IMG/VR virus record: IMGVR_UViG_3300042090_001530
Coordinates: 96,001-160,000 of that record
Reading direction: 5' to 3' (one strand)
Source: a virus
Lineage: Duplodnaviria; Caudoviricetes
Length of the DNA stretch: 64,000 bases
Positions within the stretch are counted from its first letter, which is position 1. Every line of letters begins with the position of its first letter. Under the pieces are notes generated by a model. That model was not told the DNA's origin, did not search any database, and saw only the letters and a program-made list of their open reading frames with translations. Below are positions 18,044 through 27,490 of the stretch, one piece after another. Position numbers and translations under genes: made by a program.

Positions 18044-19588
18044 TTGGGGGACCTCGTGCACACTGCACGAGCACGACTTCGATCGGCACCCTGGCCGCTG
18101 CTGGGGGTGCTCGCGGTGCAGGCCGCATTCAGTCTCCGGCTCATCTGGACGCGCACCGCGTTCATAGACGAGGCCACATACATCTACGCAGGCCACGAGA
18201 TGATCGCGCACTGGCTGCACGGCATCCCGGTCCCGCCGTACCCGACGTGGCTTTCCGGTTCGCCTGCGCTGTACCCGCCGCTCGGCGCACTGGCCGACTC
18301 GCTCGGCGGCCTGGCCGGCGCCCGGCTGTTGGGCCTGGCGTTCATGCTCTCGGCCACGGTGCTGCTGTACTTCGCGGCCAAGCGCCTGTTCGACGGGCGC
18401 GCCGCACTGTTCTCAGCGATCCTGTTCGCCTCCCTCGCGGGCACGCAGTTCCTCGGCGCGTTCGCCACGTACGACCCGATGGCCCTGTTCCTGCTCGCGC
18501 TCTCAGCGTTCCTCGTGGTCCGGCACGGCGGCGGGAGCGGCCTGCGGGACGTGATCCTCTCCTGCCTCGTCGCGCCGGTCGTACTGGCGGTCGCGGACGC
18601 CACGAAGTACGCCACCGCCCTGTGGAACCCGGCCGTGATCGGCCTCGCCTTCATCGTCCCGATCACCGCAGGCGCGTCGAAGCGCGAGGCCGCCGGCCGG
18701 GCCGCAAGGTTCGCCGGGGTACTGGTCGCGGTGATCTGCGGGGCACTTTTCGGGATCGGGCACGGCGAGTACCTGCAGGGCATCGCCTACACGACGCTGG
18801 ACCGCAACGCGTCGGTCGGCGGCATGGGCCAGTCCCCGACCTCGGTACTCAAGAGCGCGTGGGAGTGGATCGGGATCGTCGTCGTGCTCGCCGCAGCCGG
18901 GATCGCCGTGCTGTGCGCCACGGACCGGCGCCGCTGGCGTTCGCCGCTGCTCGTGCTCGGCCTGCTGCTGTTCGCCGCCACCCTGGCCGCGCCGCTCGAA
19001 CAGGCCCGCATCGGCACGCTCGTGTCCCTGCAGAAGCACGTCGTGTACGGCGCCTGGTTCGGCTGCATCCCCGCCGGGTTCGCGCTCGCCCGGGTCCTGC
19101 GCTGGCGGCCCGCGTTCGCGGCCGGCGCCACCGCGGCGCTCGCACTGCTGCCGCTCGCGCTCGCCGCGCAGGCGTCCTCGTTCTACTCGTGGGGCCAGGA
19201 GAACCTCGCCTTCACGGCCGCGCTCAAGCCGCTCGTGCACCCGGGAACCGGCCGGTATCTGGTCGAGGGCTTCGACGACATCACCGCCTACTACGTCGGG
19301 GACGTCTACTCGATCCAGTGGAAGGAAGCCGGCACGGGCGATTTCCAGTACACCGACCCCGCCACCGGTAGGCGGCTGCCGAAGAACGGCGCGTCCCTGG
19401 CCGCCGCGGTGCGAGCCAAGTACTTCACGCTGATCATCCTGAATTTCGCCGAGCCCAACGACGCGCTCATCGCCGCCGACATCGCCAAGTACGGCGGGTA
19501 CCGGGTCGTCGCGACCCTGCCGCCGTCTGCGGTCGGCTCCAAGTCCGCCTACACGGTGTGGGCCGCTACAGGAAGCGCCGTCGTCTGA
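18044..19588 (+). CDS. GT-C fold membrane glycosyltransferase (GT39/ArnT/PMT-like); start uncertain
   Basis: multiple TM segments, first-loop acidic dyad AFIDEATY, ATYDPMALFLL. Confidence 0.85.
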   Translation: MGDLVHTARARLRSAPWPLLGVLAVQAAFSLRLIWTRTAFIDEATYIYAGHEMIAHWLHGIPVPPYPTWLSGSPALYPPLGALADSLGGLAGARLLGLAFMLSATVLLYFAAKRLFDGRAALFSAILFASLAGTQFLGAFATYDPMALFLLALSAFLVVRHGGGSGLRDVILSCLVAPVVLAVADATKYATALWNPAVIGLAFIVPITAGASKREAAGRAARFAGVLVAVICGALFGIGHGEYLQGIAYTTLDRNASVGGMGQSPTSVLKSAWEWIGIVVVLAAAGIAVLCATDRRRWRSPLLVLGLLLFAATLAAPLEQARIGTLVSLQKHVVYGAWFGCIPAGFALARVLRWRPAFAAGATAALALLPLALAAQASSFYSWGQENLAFTAALKPLVHPGTGRYLVEGFDDITAYYVGDVYSIQWKEAGTGDFQYTDPATGRRLPKNGASLAAAVRAKYFTLIILNFAEPNDALIAADIAKYGGYRVVATLPPSAVGSKSAYTVWAATGSAVV

Positions 19589-19701
19589 TGTTCTCTCGCT
19601 ATGACCTGATCTTGTTCGCCGCGCCCGCGCTGGGCTCGCTGCTGTCCATGTTCGCGGTGCGCGCCCTCTACCGCCGCGGCAAGGCGCTGGGGGACGTGTG
19701 A
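19588..19701 (+). CDS. small single-TM protein
   Basis: 37 aa, TGATG overlaps on both sides. Confidence 0.45.
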   Translation: MFSRYDLILFAAPALGSLLSMFAVRALYRRGKALGDV

Positions 19702-21662
19702 TGGACCACCACCATGACATCCCCACCGTCCGCCTGCGCTCGAGCGGCCGGATCGCGCTCGCTTCGATCGCCATGACGTCCCTGCTCGGCTGGGCCCTGT
19801 ACCGCGTGTTCTCCGCCAACTCGGCGCTGCACGGCCGCGACAACAACGTCCTGCTCTGGTCGGCGTTGTTCCTCGCCGCCGGGCATCAGGTGCTGCTCGC
19901 CTGGCGCGACAAGCCGTTCACCGTCACCGACGCCCAGCAGGCCGAACTCGACAAGCTGCACCTGACGGTGAACGTCCCGCTGTACAACGAGTCCCCGGAG
20001 ATCGTCGACCGGGTCATGTACGCCCTGTTCCACCAGTCGCGGCTGCCGCAGCGCATCGACGTCGTCGACGACGGATCCCGCGCCGAGTACCGGGCCGCAT
20101 ACGAGGAGATCCGCGCGTACTGGGCGGACCGGTTCGCCGAGACCGGCGCCGTGTTCACGTGGACGCGGCAGGCCAACGCGGGCAAGCGGCATGCGCAGGC
20201 CGTCACGTTCCGGGACGCCCCGGACGGCATCGTCGTCACCCTCGACTCTGATACGGCGCTCGAGCGCGGCGCCCTGGTCGAGGTGCTCAAGCCGTTCGCC
20301 GACCCGCGGGTGTTCTCGGTCGCGGGTGTTGAGATCGCGTTCAACGCCCGGCGCAACCTGCTGACCCGGATAGGTGCGCTGCGGCAGATCACCTGGCAGC
20401 TCGTCCAATGCTCCGCACTGAACCGGCGCGGGCAGATGCTGGTCAACCGCGGCACCTTCGCCGCCTATCGCACCGTCGTCGTGCAGGAGCGGCTGGCCGC
20501 CTACCTGGGCGAGACGTTCGCGGGCAAGCCCGTGAAGTACTCGGACGACTCGCTGCTCACCCTCTACGCCCTCTCGTACGGGCGCGCCGTGCAGCAGCTC
20601 ACCGCATTCCAGCTGCCTGAATACCCCGAGTACGTCAGCCATGCCCTCCGTCAATGGGCGAGATGGATGCGCGGCTCGACCATCAGGTCCCTGTGGCGCG
20701 CCAAGTACCTGCCAGTCCGATCCTACGGCTGGTTCATGAACACCCTCTCGTGGTGGCAGTTCGTCACCGCGACCATGGCCTACCTGTACGTGTGGGCGTA
20801 CCTGCCCGCCGAGGGACGGTTCGGGCTCGCGTCGGTCGCGATCGCCGTGGCGTGCACGTACCTGATGCCGCTTCGGTCGCTGCTGATAGACCGTTCCGAC
20901 GAGACGAGCGTGCAGCAGTTGGACACGTTCCTGCTCGCCCCCCTGTCCTGGGCGTGGTCGCTGCTGGTCCTGCGCCCGCTGCGCCTGTACGGTGCGCTCA
21001 CGTGCGCGAACAACGGGTGGGGTACGCGCTCGGCCGTGGAGGTCGGGTTCGCGCGCGACCATGGAACCATGGCACTCGATCCGCTGGCTGAGACCGCCGT
21101 CATCGCTACCACCTCGGACACCCTCACCCTCCCGCCGGTCGGCCGTCCGGCCCGGCACAGACGCCGCCGGGGATGGTTGCATCCGGTGCACCTGACCGCG
21201 TTCGGCGCGGTGACCGCCGCGGCGGCATGCGGCGCGGTGGTGGTGCTCGCCGGGACCTCGCCGAGCCCCGACCGGTTCGCGCCGGGCCCGCGCGCCGTAG
21301 TGTCGGCCAGGGCGGCGGCCACGATCACCATCCCCGCGATCACTGCGCCCGCTGCCGCGCCTACGCCAGGCGTAGGGGGGCAGGTGCCCGCGGCTGCGGT
21401 AAGCGTCCTTGGGCCGCCTTCCTCGACTCCGGCAGCCATCCCGCCGCCGACCGTGCCGGGGCCCGGCACGGTCGCAGCCTCAAGCGGCACGACCGCCGCC
21501 GTGCCGCCGGCTCCGATGCCAACGAAGACTCCAACGGCCTCGCCGTCCGCATCCGTGACGCCGACCGCGAGCGCGGCCCCAAGCGTCTCCTCAAGTCCGT
21601 CGGCGTCCGCGAGCATCTCGCCGAGCGCCACGATCACTACGCCGACCGGGAGCCCGGAATGA
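19701..21662 (+). CDS. processive GT2 synthase (hyaluronan/chitin synthase/NodC-like) with Pro/Ser/Thr-rich C-tail
   Basis: VPLYNE, VVDDGS, NAGKRHAQ, TLDSDT, YSDDSLLT, LRQWARW (QxxRW); N- and C-terminal TM helices. Confidence 0.9.
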   Translation: MDHHHDIPTVRLRSSGRIALASIAMTSLLGWALYRVFSANSALHGRDNNVLLWSALFLAAGHQVLLAWRDKPFTVTDAQQAELDKLHLTVNVPLYNESPEIVDRVMYALFHQSRLPQRIDVVDDGSRAEYRAAYEEIRAYWADRFAETGAVFTWTRQANAGKRHAQAVTFRDAPDGIVVTLDSDTALERGALVEVLKPFADPRVFSVAGVEIAFNARRNLLTRIGALRQITWQLVQCSALNRRGQMLVNRGTFAAYRTVVVQERLAAYLGETFAGKPVKYSDDSLLTLYALSYGRAVQQLTAFQLPEYPEYVSHALRQWARWMRGSTIRSLWRAKYLPVRSYGWFMNTLSWWQFVTATMAYLYVWAYLPAEGRFGLASVAIAVACTYLMPLRSLLIDRSDETSVQQLDTFLLAPLSWAWSLLVLRPLRLYGALTCANNGWGTRSAVEVGFARDHGTMALDPLAETAVIATTSDTLTLPPVGRPARHRRRRGWLHPVHLTAFGAVTAAAACGAVVVLAGTSPSPDRFAPGPRAVVSARAAATITIPAITAPAAAPTPGVGGQVPAAAVSVLGPPSSTPAAIPPPTVPGPGTVAASSGTTAAVPPAPMPTKTPTASPSASVTPTASAAPSVSSSPSASASISPSATITTPTGSPE

Positions 21663-22705
21663 GCAGGCGCATCTGGATCCTCGCGGCGGCCGTCGTGCTC
21701 GCGTGCGCAGCCGGGGGAGCGGGCCTGGCTGCCGACGGGCACGGGCCTGCGGCCCGCACGGTGGCCGCGGCGGGCGCGGCACGCACCAGTGCGGCCTCGA
21801 ACCCGGCGAGACCCTCAGCGTCCGCCGCGGCGCCCGCAGTGCCCGTGAACGCCGCGCCGTACACCGACCCGGCGGGCAAGTACCTGGGTGTCGCGCTCCC
21901 GGCCGGCACTGCGGGTCTCGCCGGGTTCGCCGCCTCGACCGGTGTCCACCCGGACTTGTGGGAGACGTATGCCGGCTGGGGCGAGGCGTTCCCGACGTCG
22001 GATGCCACCTCGGCGTGGTCGCAGGGCGCGATGACCCTTGTGGCGTGGCAGACGGACTCCACGAGCCTCACGTCGATCGCGGACGGCGGTAGCGACGCCT
22101 ACCTTGAGCGGTTCGCCGCCGCGGTCCACGTTTTCGCGCACCCGGTGATGATCGGCATCGACCACGAGATGAACGGCGACTGGTACCCGTGGGGCACGCA
22201 AGCCGTCACCCCGGCCCGGTTCGTCGCGGCCTGGCGGCACATCCACGACATCTTCGTGGCCGCCGGGGACGACAACGTCCTGTGGGTGTGGGCGCCCAAC
22301 GTCGTCAACCCTGTGCCCAACGTCGCCCTTCAGCCGTACTACCCGGGCAACGCGTACGTGGACATCGTCGGGATCACGGGCTACTACACGGGCGAGATCG
22401 GCGAGGACTCGTATGCGGGATTGTTCGGCCGCACCGAAACAATCGTCGAACAATTCTCTGACCGGCCGTTTCTCGCATCCGAGACAGGCGTCGAGCAAGG
22501 TGCAGACAAGGCCGCGTGGGTCAGCAACCTGATCGACGGAGTGAAGGCGGACCCGCAGATGCTCGGGTTCGTGTACTTCGACTTCGGCGCCGCCCAGGGC
22601 AAACGCGCGGACTGGACGCTGCAAGACGACCCGGCCGCGCTCACCGCCTACCGGACCGACGCGGCCACGATCACTGAAGCCGCCATCTCGAACGGAGCGC
22701 GCTGA
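21659..22705 (+). CDS. secreted/anchored GH26 glycoside hydrolase
   Basis: signal-like N-terminus; HEMNGDWYPW (acid/base), WVWAPN, YPGNAYVDIVG, LASETG (nucleophile). Confidence 0.88.
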   Translation: MSRRIWILAAAVVLACAAGGAGLAADGHGPAARTVAAAGAARTSAASNPARPSASAAAPAVPVNAAPYTDPAGKYLGVALPAGTAGLAGFAASTGVHPDLWETYAGWGEAFPTSDATSAWSQGAMTLVAWQTDSTSLTSIADGGSDAYLERFAAAVHVFAHPVMIGIDHEMNGDWYPWGTQAVTPARFVAAWRHIHDIFVAAGDDNVLWVWAPNVVNPVPNVALQPYYPGNAYVDIVGITGYYTGEIGEDSYAGLFGRTETIVEQFSDRPFLASETGVEQGADKAAWVSNLIDGVKADPQMLGFVYFDFGAAQGKRADWTLQDDPAALTAYRTDAATITEAAISNGAR

Positions 22706-24513
22706 TGGTGCAGACCACGCCCGCATTCATGATCGACGGCCCGAGTACGGTCGACCGCGACGACGCGATCCGCCTCGAGGAGAACCCGGACGGCACCCGC
22801 ACGCTCATCGTGTACGTCGCCGACCTGACGGCCGCGCTCGACACTGATCCGGGCCTACTAGGCGTGGCGCTCGACCGCGGCGCGTCGCAGTACCGGCGAC
22901 AGGTGGCGGTGGAGACGATGCTGCCGGACGACGTCCAGGCAGCGTGCACTCTCGCCGAGGACACTGCCCGGCCGGTCCTGGAGATACGGCTGCCACTCGA
23001 CCCCGCGGGCGTCGTAGGCGACGCGGTATTGGGGCGCAGCGTGCTGTCTGGCGCAGTTGCCTTGTCGCACGAGCAGGCCGCGTTCGCGGTCGCGGACCGG
23101 CGCCATCCGCACCACAAGCCGCTGACGGCGCTGCGAGAGGTCGCCGAGGCGCTCTTTCGTGCCCGCTACGGCGCGTCTTCGGCGTTCTACGACTTCACGC
23201 GAGGCGTCTTCGTGGACGAGGACGGCGCGCTAGTGAAGGTGAAGGCCGCGCACGTCGTCGGGCACCTGATCGTCCAAGAGGCGATGATCGCGGCGAACCG
23301 GGCGGTCGCAGAGTGGGCGATCCGCGAGGACGTCCCGATCATGTTCCGTAACCACGCGGCCGCAGTCTCGGCCCCGCCTGCTGCCGTGCACCTCGAAGAC
23401 TTGTCGGCCGCGCTGCGCAGCGACGACCCCGCAGAACTGGCGACGTGGTTGGCGCGGGCCGAACTCACCGGACGCCGGGCCCGGTACGACGCGTACCCGC
23501 GTGAGCATCACGGGCTCGGCATCCCCGCCTACTGCCACAGTACGAGCCCGCTGCGCCGGGCCGCGGACCTGATCACGCAGCGTTCGATCGTCGCCCGCTT
23601 GGACGGGCGGGCGGCGCCGTTCACGGTGGAGGATGTCGCCGGGTTCTCCGAGCGGCTCACGGTCGTGATCGCGGAGGCGAAGTCGGCGAGCAGCACGGCC
23701 AGTCGGGAACGCGCGCACGAGCAGGCGCGGCAGATCCTGGACCAGGGCGCCGACTATTCGAGGATGAGCGCGGCCCGGTTCTTCGCGCTCGTCAAGCGCG
23801 CGACGAAGGAAGGCATCGCGTCGCCCGGGTTCCTGACCGAGGTCACCCGCCGCGCCGACACTGACATGTTCGAACTGCGCGACCTCTACCACCTGATCCT
23901 GCTGCCGACCGGCACCGAGTGGCTGGCAGCGAAGTCGGCGTGCCTCGCTCAGGTGTCGCGGCATCCGGAGCACGCGGTGAGCCTCGTGGCGATGTGGGCT
24001 CAGACCAGAGGCGTCGAACAGCCCGCGTACTCGCATTCGGCGGCCGGCCCGTCGCATCGACCGGCGTTCACCGCGAGCGGTGCCGTGGCCGGCCGTGACG
24101 GGGTGCAGGTCTCGGGTGCGGCCCGGACCGCGGCCTCGAAGGGGTCCGCGCAAGCCCAAGCAGCGCTCAGTCTGCTCGCCGCACTCGCTGGCGTCCCTGA
24201 CTGCTCGACGGATGCAGCCATCCCGATCGAACCGGCATCCGAGCCGAAGCAGCCGACGCTCACGGGCGATCCGCTCCGGGCGTTGAATCACGCGCGCAAT
24301 ACCGGGCTGCTCTCGCGTGTGGAGTGGGTGGTCCAGCAAGGTGCAGCGGCGGACGGCCAGCCGCTGTTCGACGCACACCTCACCGCGCAGCGCCGCCCAG
24401 GCGCGGCGGTCGAGGGCCGGGGCCGCGCGGCAACGAAGAAGGCGGCGAAGGCTGCCGCTGCGGCCGACCTCGTGGACCGCCTGAAGACGACCGCCTCGAA
24501 TGGAGCGAACTGA
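22705..24513 (+). CDS. RNB-domain (RNase II/R) ribonuclease fused to two dsRNA-binding domains
   Basis: IDGPSTVDRDDA, QEAMIAAN, HSTSPLRRAAD; dsRBD-like GPSHRPAF...SKGSAQAQAA and ...GRAATKKAAKAAAA. Confidence 0.85.
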   Translation: MVQTTPAFMIDGPSTVDRDDAIRLEENPDGTRTLIVYVADLTAALDTDPGLLGVALDRGASQYRRQVAVETMLPDDVQAACTLAEDTARPVLEIRLPLDPAGVVGDAVLGRSVLSGAVALSHEQAAFAVADRRHPHHKPLTALREVAEALFRARYGASSAFYDFTRGVFVDEDGALVKVKAAHVVGHLIVQEAMIAANRAVAEWAIREDVPIMFRNHAAAVSAPPAAVHLEDLSAALRSDDPAELATWLARAELTGRRARYDAYPREHHGLGIPAYCHSTSPLRRAADLITQRSIVARLDGRAAPFTVEDVAGFSERLTVVIAEAKSASSTASRERAHEQARQILDQGADYSRMSAARFFALVKRATKEGIASPGFLTEVTRRADTDMFELRDLYHLILLPTGTEWLAAKSACLAQVSRHPEHAVSLVAMWAQTRGVEQPAYSHSAAGPSHRPAFTASGAVAGRDGVQVSGAARTAASKGSAQAQAALSLLAALAGVPDCSTDAAIPIEPASEPKQPTLTGDPLRALNHARNTGLLSRVEWVVQQGAAADGQPLFDAHLTAQRRPGAAVEGRGRAATKKAAKAAAAADLVDRLKTTASNGAN

Positions 24514-25016
24514 TGCCCGAGACCACGATCACTACCGCCGTGGAGGCCGTGTCCGAGCGGCTTCGCACGGAGATCACCGCCGCATTGACTGCTGTCCTCG
24601 CGCAGTGGGACGAGCGGGAGGTGGACGCGACGAAACGCGCCGGATTCCTGCTCGGCGACTTCACCGAAGCAATGCTCGACGTGTTCGAGTCCAAGACGGC
24701 CGAGCAGTACGGCGTGGACATCGCCGGGCAGACCAGGCTGCGGGAACTCGCGTACCGCGACGGCACGCTCCATATGGAGCTCGACGCGGCCCACGAGATC
24801 ATGATCGCGCTTGTCGCAGCAGCGCGCACGATTCTCGGCGACGCTCAGAACTACGTGGAGATGGAGTTGAAGTCCGCGGAGTCGCTGGACCGGTTCGTAC
24901 TGACGATTCAGCGGGCCGGGAAGTTGACGCCGCATGAGGCGCGGTTGAAGGCGGAGGCCGAGCGTGACGCGCTGCGGGCTGAACTCGATGCGCTGAAGGC
25001 GGCGAGCAATGCTTGA
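24513..25016 (+). CDS. hypothetical phage protein
   Basis: TGATG overlap; C-terminal coiled coil. Confidence 0.6.
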   Translation: MPETTITTAVEAVSERLRTEITAALTAVLAQWDEREVDATKRAGFLLGDFTEAMLDVFESKTAEQYGVDIAGQTRLRELAYRDGTLHMELDAAHEIMIALVAAARTILGDAQNYVEMELKSAESLDRFVLTIQRAGKLTPHEARLKAEAERDALRAELDALKAASNA

Positions 25017-25404
25017 GCAGCCCGGCACGCTCGGCCCGTCCGACGAGCCCCAACGCTCCGGCGCCATCGTCGCCGTCAACTATGGCGACTACCGCTCCCA
25101 GCAGCTATTCGTCCGCAGTGGCGCGAACATCGGGAATTGGTACTGCCTCGGTGGCGAGTTCGGACGCCCGAAGCCGTGGGACGACCCGCGCACCGATATG
25201 GAGAAGGTGCTCCACCGCCGGGACGTTCCCGCGCCTGCTCCGGGGCCGGGCGAGATAGTGCGCCACCCGACATGGCGGGACGTGCTCGCGCGTGGCCCGG
25301 TGACGTTGCTGTCGGCGGGCGAGCAGGACACGTACGCGACTGGGTGGGCGAACGGGCGGCGACGCATGCTCGAGCAGATGGAGGAGTTGAGCGACGATGC
25401 CTGA
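25009..25404 (+). CDS. hypothetical protein
   Basis: 8-nt overlap. Confidence 0.6.
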   Translation: MLEQPGTLGPSDEPQRSGAIVAVNYGDYRSQQLFVRSGANIGNWYCLGGEFGRPKPWDDPRTDMEKVLHRRDVPAPAPGPGEIVRHPTWRDVLARGPVTLLSAGEQDTYATGWANGRRRMLEQMEELSDDA

Positions 25405-25759
25405 GCCGCTGATCCGCAAGCGCACACACGCCGAGATCCTCGCGCACATGGCCGAGCGGCTTCGCGAGCAGCCTGACGCTACGGCGCTACTAGCGCACAG
25501 CCTCACGCTCGACATGCTGGCGCAGGAGCTCGCGGCCGAGTCCGAGCCGCCGCGGATCGAGTGGGCGAACAGGTCGTGCCGGTTTGAACGCGATGGCCAG
25601 CCCGAGATCGCGTCAGCCGGTCCACTAGCGGAAGGCGGCGGTGAGCCGCTCGCCCGGCGCCGCATGGAGTTCCCGTGGTTCACGGCGGTGTTGCAGCGCA
25701 CGGTCACGTTCGGGCCGTGGGTTGAGGCGCCGCACGGGACGGGGGCGAACGATGTCTGA
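25397..25759 (+). CDS. hypothetical protein
   Basis: ATGCCTGA overlap. Confidence 0.55.
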   Translation: MPEPLIRKRTHAEILAHMAERLREQPDATALLAHSLTLDMLAQELAAESEPPRIEWANRSCRFERDGQPEIASAGPLAEGGGEPLARRRMEFPWFTAVLQRTVTFGPWVEAPHGTGANDV

Positions 25760-25976
25760 CCGGAATCTGATCACGACTTGCCCGGCGTGCGGTCACCACA
25801 CGAGCGCTGCGATTGCGGGACGCTGCACAGCCATCGTCCCCGGGCCGACGGACGGGCCGATGATCCAGGTCTGCGGGTGTAACTGCTACAAGGCGCTGAC
25901 CGGTAAGGACATGCACGAGGAGTTCGCGGAACTCATGTGGGGCAAGCCCAGCGCGACGGAGGACTCCGATGCTTGA
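25752..25976 (+). CDS. hypothetical Cys-rich protein
   Basis: CPACGH..., CGCNC. Confidence 0.55.
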   Translation: MSDRNLITTCPACGHHTSAAIAGRCTAIVPGPTDGPMIQVCGCNCYKALTGKDMHEEFAELMWGKPSATEDSDA

Positions 25977-26493
25977 GCAACTCACGCTGGACCCGGACCC
26001 GGACCCGGACGCGTTCGCCCCGACCCGATCCGCAGTCATCTCCGAGGACGGCCTGTACCGCTACCGCCTGGACCGGCGGTGGGCTGACAGTCCGTCGATC
26101 GTGTGGCTGATGCTGAACCCGTCAACCGCTGACGCGGAGGCGGAAGACGCCACCAGCAGGCGTGTGCAGGCGTTCTCTCGCGCTTGGGGTTTCGGCGCGC
26201 TGACGATCGTCAACCTCTACGCATACCGCGCCACAGATCCGCACGCGCTCTGGCTCGCAGCCGATCCGGTCGGGCAGGAGAACGACGCCTACCTGGCCGA
26301 GGCCTGCGCCCAGTCCGATGTGATCGCGGCGTGGGGTGCGAACGCCCGGCCGGACCGGATCGCTGAGGTGCTCGCGCTGCCCGGCATGGCCCGTGTGCAG
26401 GCGCTAGAGGTGACGAAGGCCGGTCAGCCGCGGCATCCGCTGTACCTGCGCGGCGACCTGACCCCGCAACCATGGGAGAACCCGAATGTCTGA
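25969..26493 (+). CDS. DUF1643-domain protein
   Basis: YRYRLDRRW...MLNPSTAD...NLYAYRATDP...GQPRHPLY. Confidence 0.88.
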   Translation: MLEQLTLDPDPDPDAFAPTRSAVISEDGLYRYRLDRRWADSPSIVWLMLNPSTADAEAEDATSRRVQAFSRAWGFGALTIVNLYAYRATDPHALWLAADPVGQENDAYLAEACAQSDVIAAWGANARPDRIAEVLALPGMARVQALEVTKAGQPRHPLYLRGDLTPQPWENPNV

Positions 26494-26782
26494 CGACCTG
26501 CCCAGCCCGTCACTGGGCGAACTACGGGCGGCGGGCGCGAACCTGATGGCTGCGCATCTCGCCGCGAGCATGGTCCCGAACGCACTCAAAGCCGCAGTCG
26601 AGCGCGACGACTACTTCTGCCGCGCCCACACTCTCGGCTTCGGCCGGGCCGCCGCTGAGCGCATCCTCGCGCCGATCGTCGAGGACCGGCTGGCCAAGGG
26701 CCTGTCGCACTACGGTCCGGTTGTGTATCGCCTGGCGATGGACCGGATCTACGCTGAGATCTCGGGGGTCGGCGATGCGTAG
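26486..26782 (+). CDS. hypothetical protein
   Basis: 8-nt overlap. Confidence 0.55.
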   Translation: MSDDLPSPSLGELRAAGANLMAAHLAASMVPNALKAAVERDDYFCRAHTLGFGRAAAERILAPIVEDRLAKGLSHYGPVVYRLAMDRIYAEISGVGDA

Positions 26783-26984
26783 CCGGTTCGTTCGGTCCGC
26801 GACTCGCAGCGGCTGGCGGGGTGTCGCCTTGCTGGGACTGCTGCCTATGTCGCTCGCGGCGTTCTTCATCGCACTGTGCGCTCACGGCGTGGTGCAGTCT
26901 GTCGCGGGCGACGCGTATTGCGTCGTGGCAGGGCTGATTCTCCTACTGGCGTTCCAGATCTCGTTTGGGCGCCGGAATGGCTGA
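26775..26984 (+). CDS. small two-TM membrane protein
   Basis: two hydrophobic segments. Confidence 0.5.
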   Translation: MRSRFVRSATRSGWRGVALLGLLPMSLAAFFIALCAHGVVQSVAGDAYCVVAGLILLLAFQISFGRRNG

Positions 26985-27327
26985 GCCCCGTGATGAGTGC
27001 CGCGAGGTGACGCTGCCGTCCGGCGAGCCGGTCCGGTACCGCGGCTCCGGCGAGTTGAGCCCGGAGGCTGTCGCAGCGCTGGGCGAGCTCGTGGACGCGG
27101 CCCGCGCCTGGCATGCGGCCGAGCATCCCGAGGATCCCGCCGCCACGGCCCTGTGGCGGCGCCTGCGGGCCGTAGCCGACGCGCGCGGCCTGCTGATGCG
27201 GGAGGTCGCCCACGAGTGCGGCGTGCGGCCGTCGGTGGTGACGCGGATCGCGCAGGGCTACATGCCCGACGGGCACAACCTAGCGGCGATCGAACGCTGG
27301 CTCACTTCCGGAGGCACTGATGCTTGA
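26977..27327 (+). CDS. XRE-family HTH protein
   Basis: DARGLLMREVAHECGVRPSVVTRIAQG. Confidence 0.75.
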   Translation: MAEPRDECREVTLPSGEPVRYRGSGELSPEAVAALGELVDAARAWHAAEHPEDPAATALWRRLRAVADARGLLMREVAHECGVRPSVVTRIAQGYMPDGHNLAAIERWLTSGGTDA

Positions 27328-27490
27328 CCGCCTGCTGCGCCGCGGGTTCTGGGTCCGCTGCCAGCATCACTCGCAACGCTGGCCGCACTGGCGGTCCTGC
27401 CTGCGCGGGCAGTCGTACGACCACTTCTGCTTGGACCACAACGGCAGTTGCTTCAACGGCAGTTGCCACTATCCGAAGGGGGCTCGCTAA
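27320..27490 (+). CDS. 56-aa Cys/His/Trp-rich peptide
   Basis: GGAGG RBS, 8-nt and TAATG overlaps; internal CAACGGCAGTTGC x2. Confidence 0.5.
   Translation: MLDRLLRRGFWVRCQHHSQRWPHWRSCLRGQSYDHFCLDHNGSCFNGSCHYPKGAR

Noticed and set aside
19668-21191. Long antisense ORFs here and opposite other real genes (e.g. 566-1858, 18503-19846, 21815-22726)
   Set aside because: Typical stop-poor shadow frames of high-GC3 genes; no motifs or RBS
25988-26010. GGACCC hexamer tandem
   Set aside because: In-frame DPDPD low-complexity linker; no sign of phase variation
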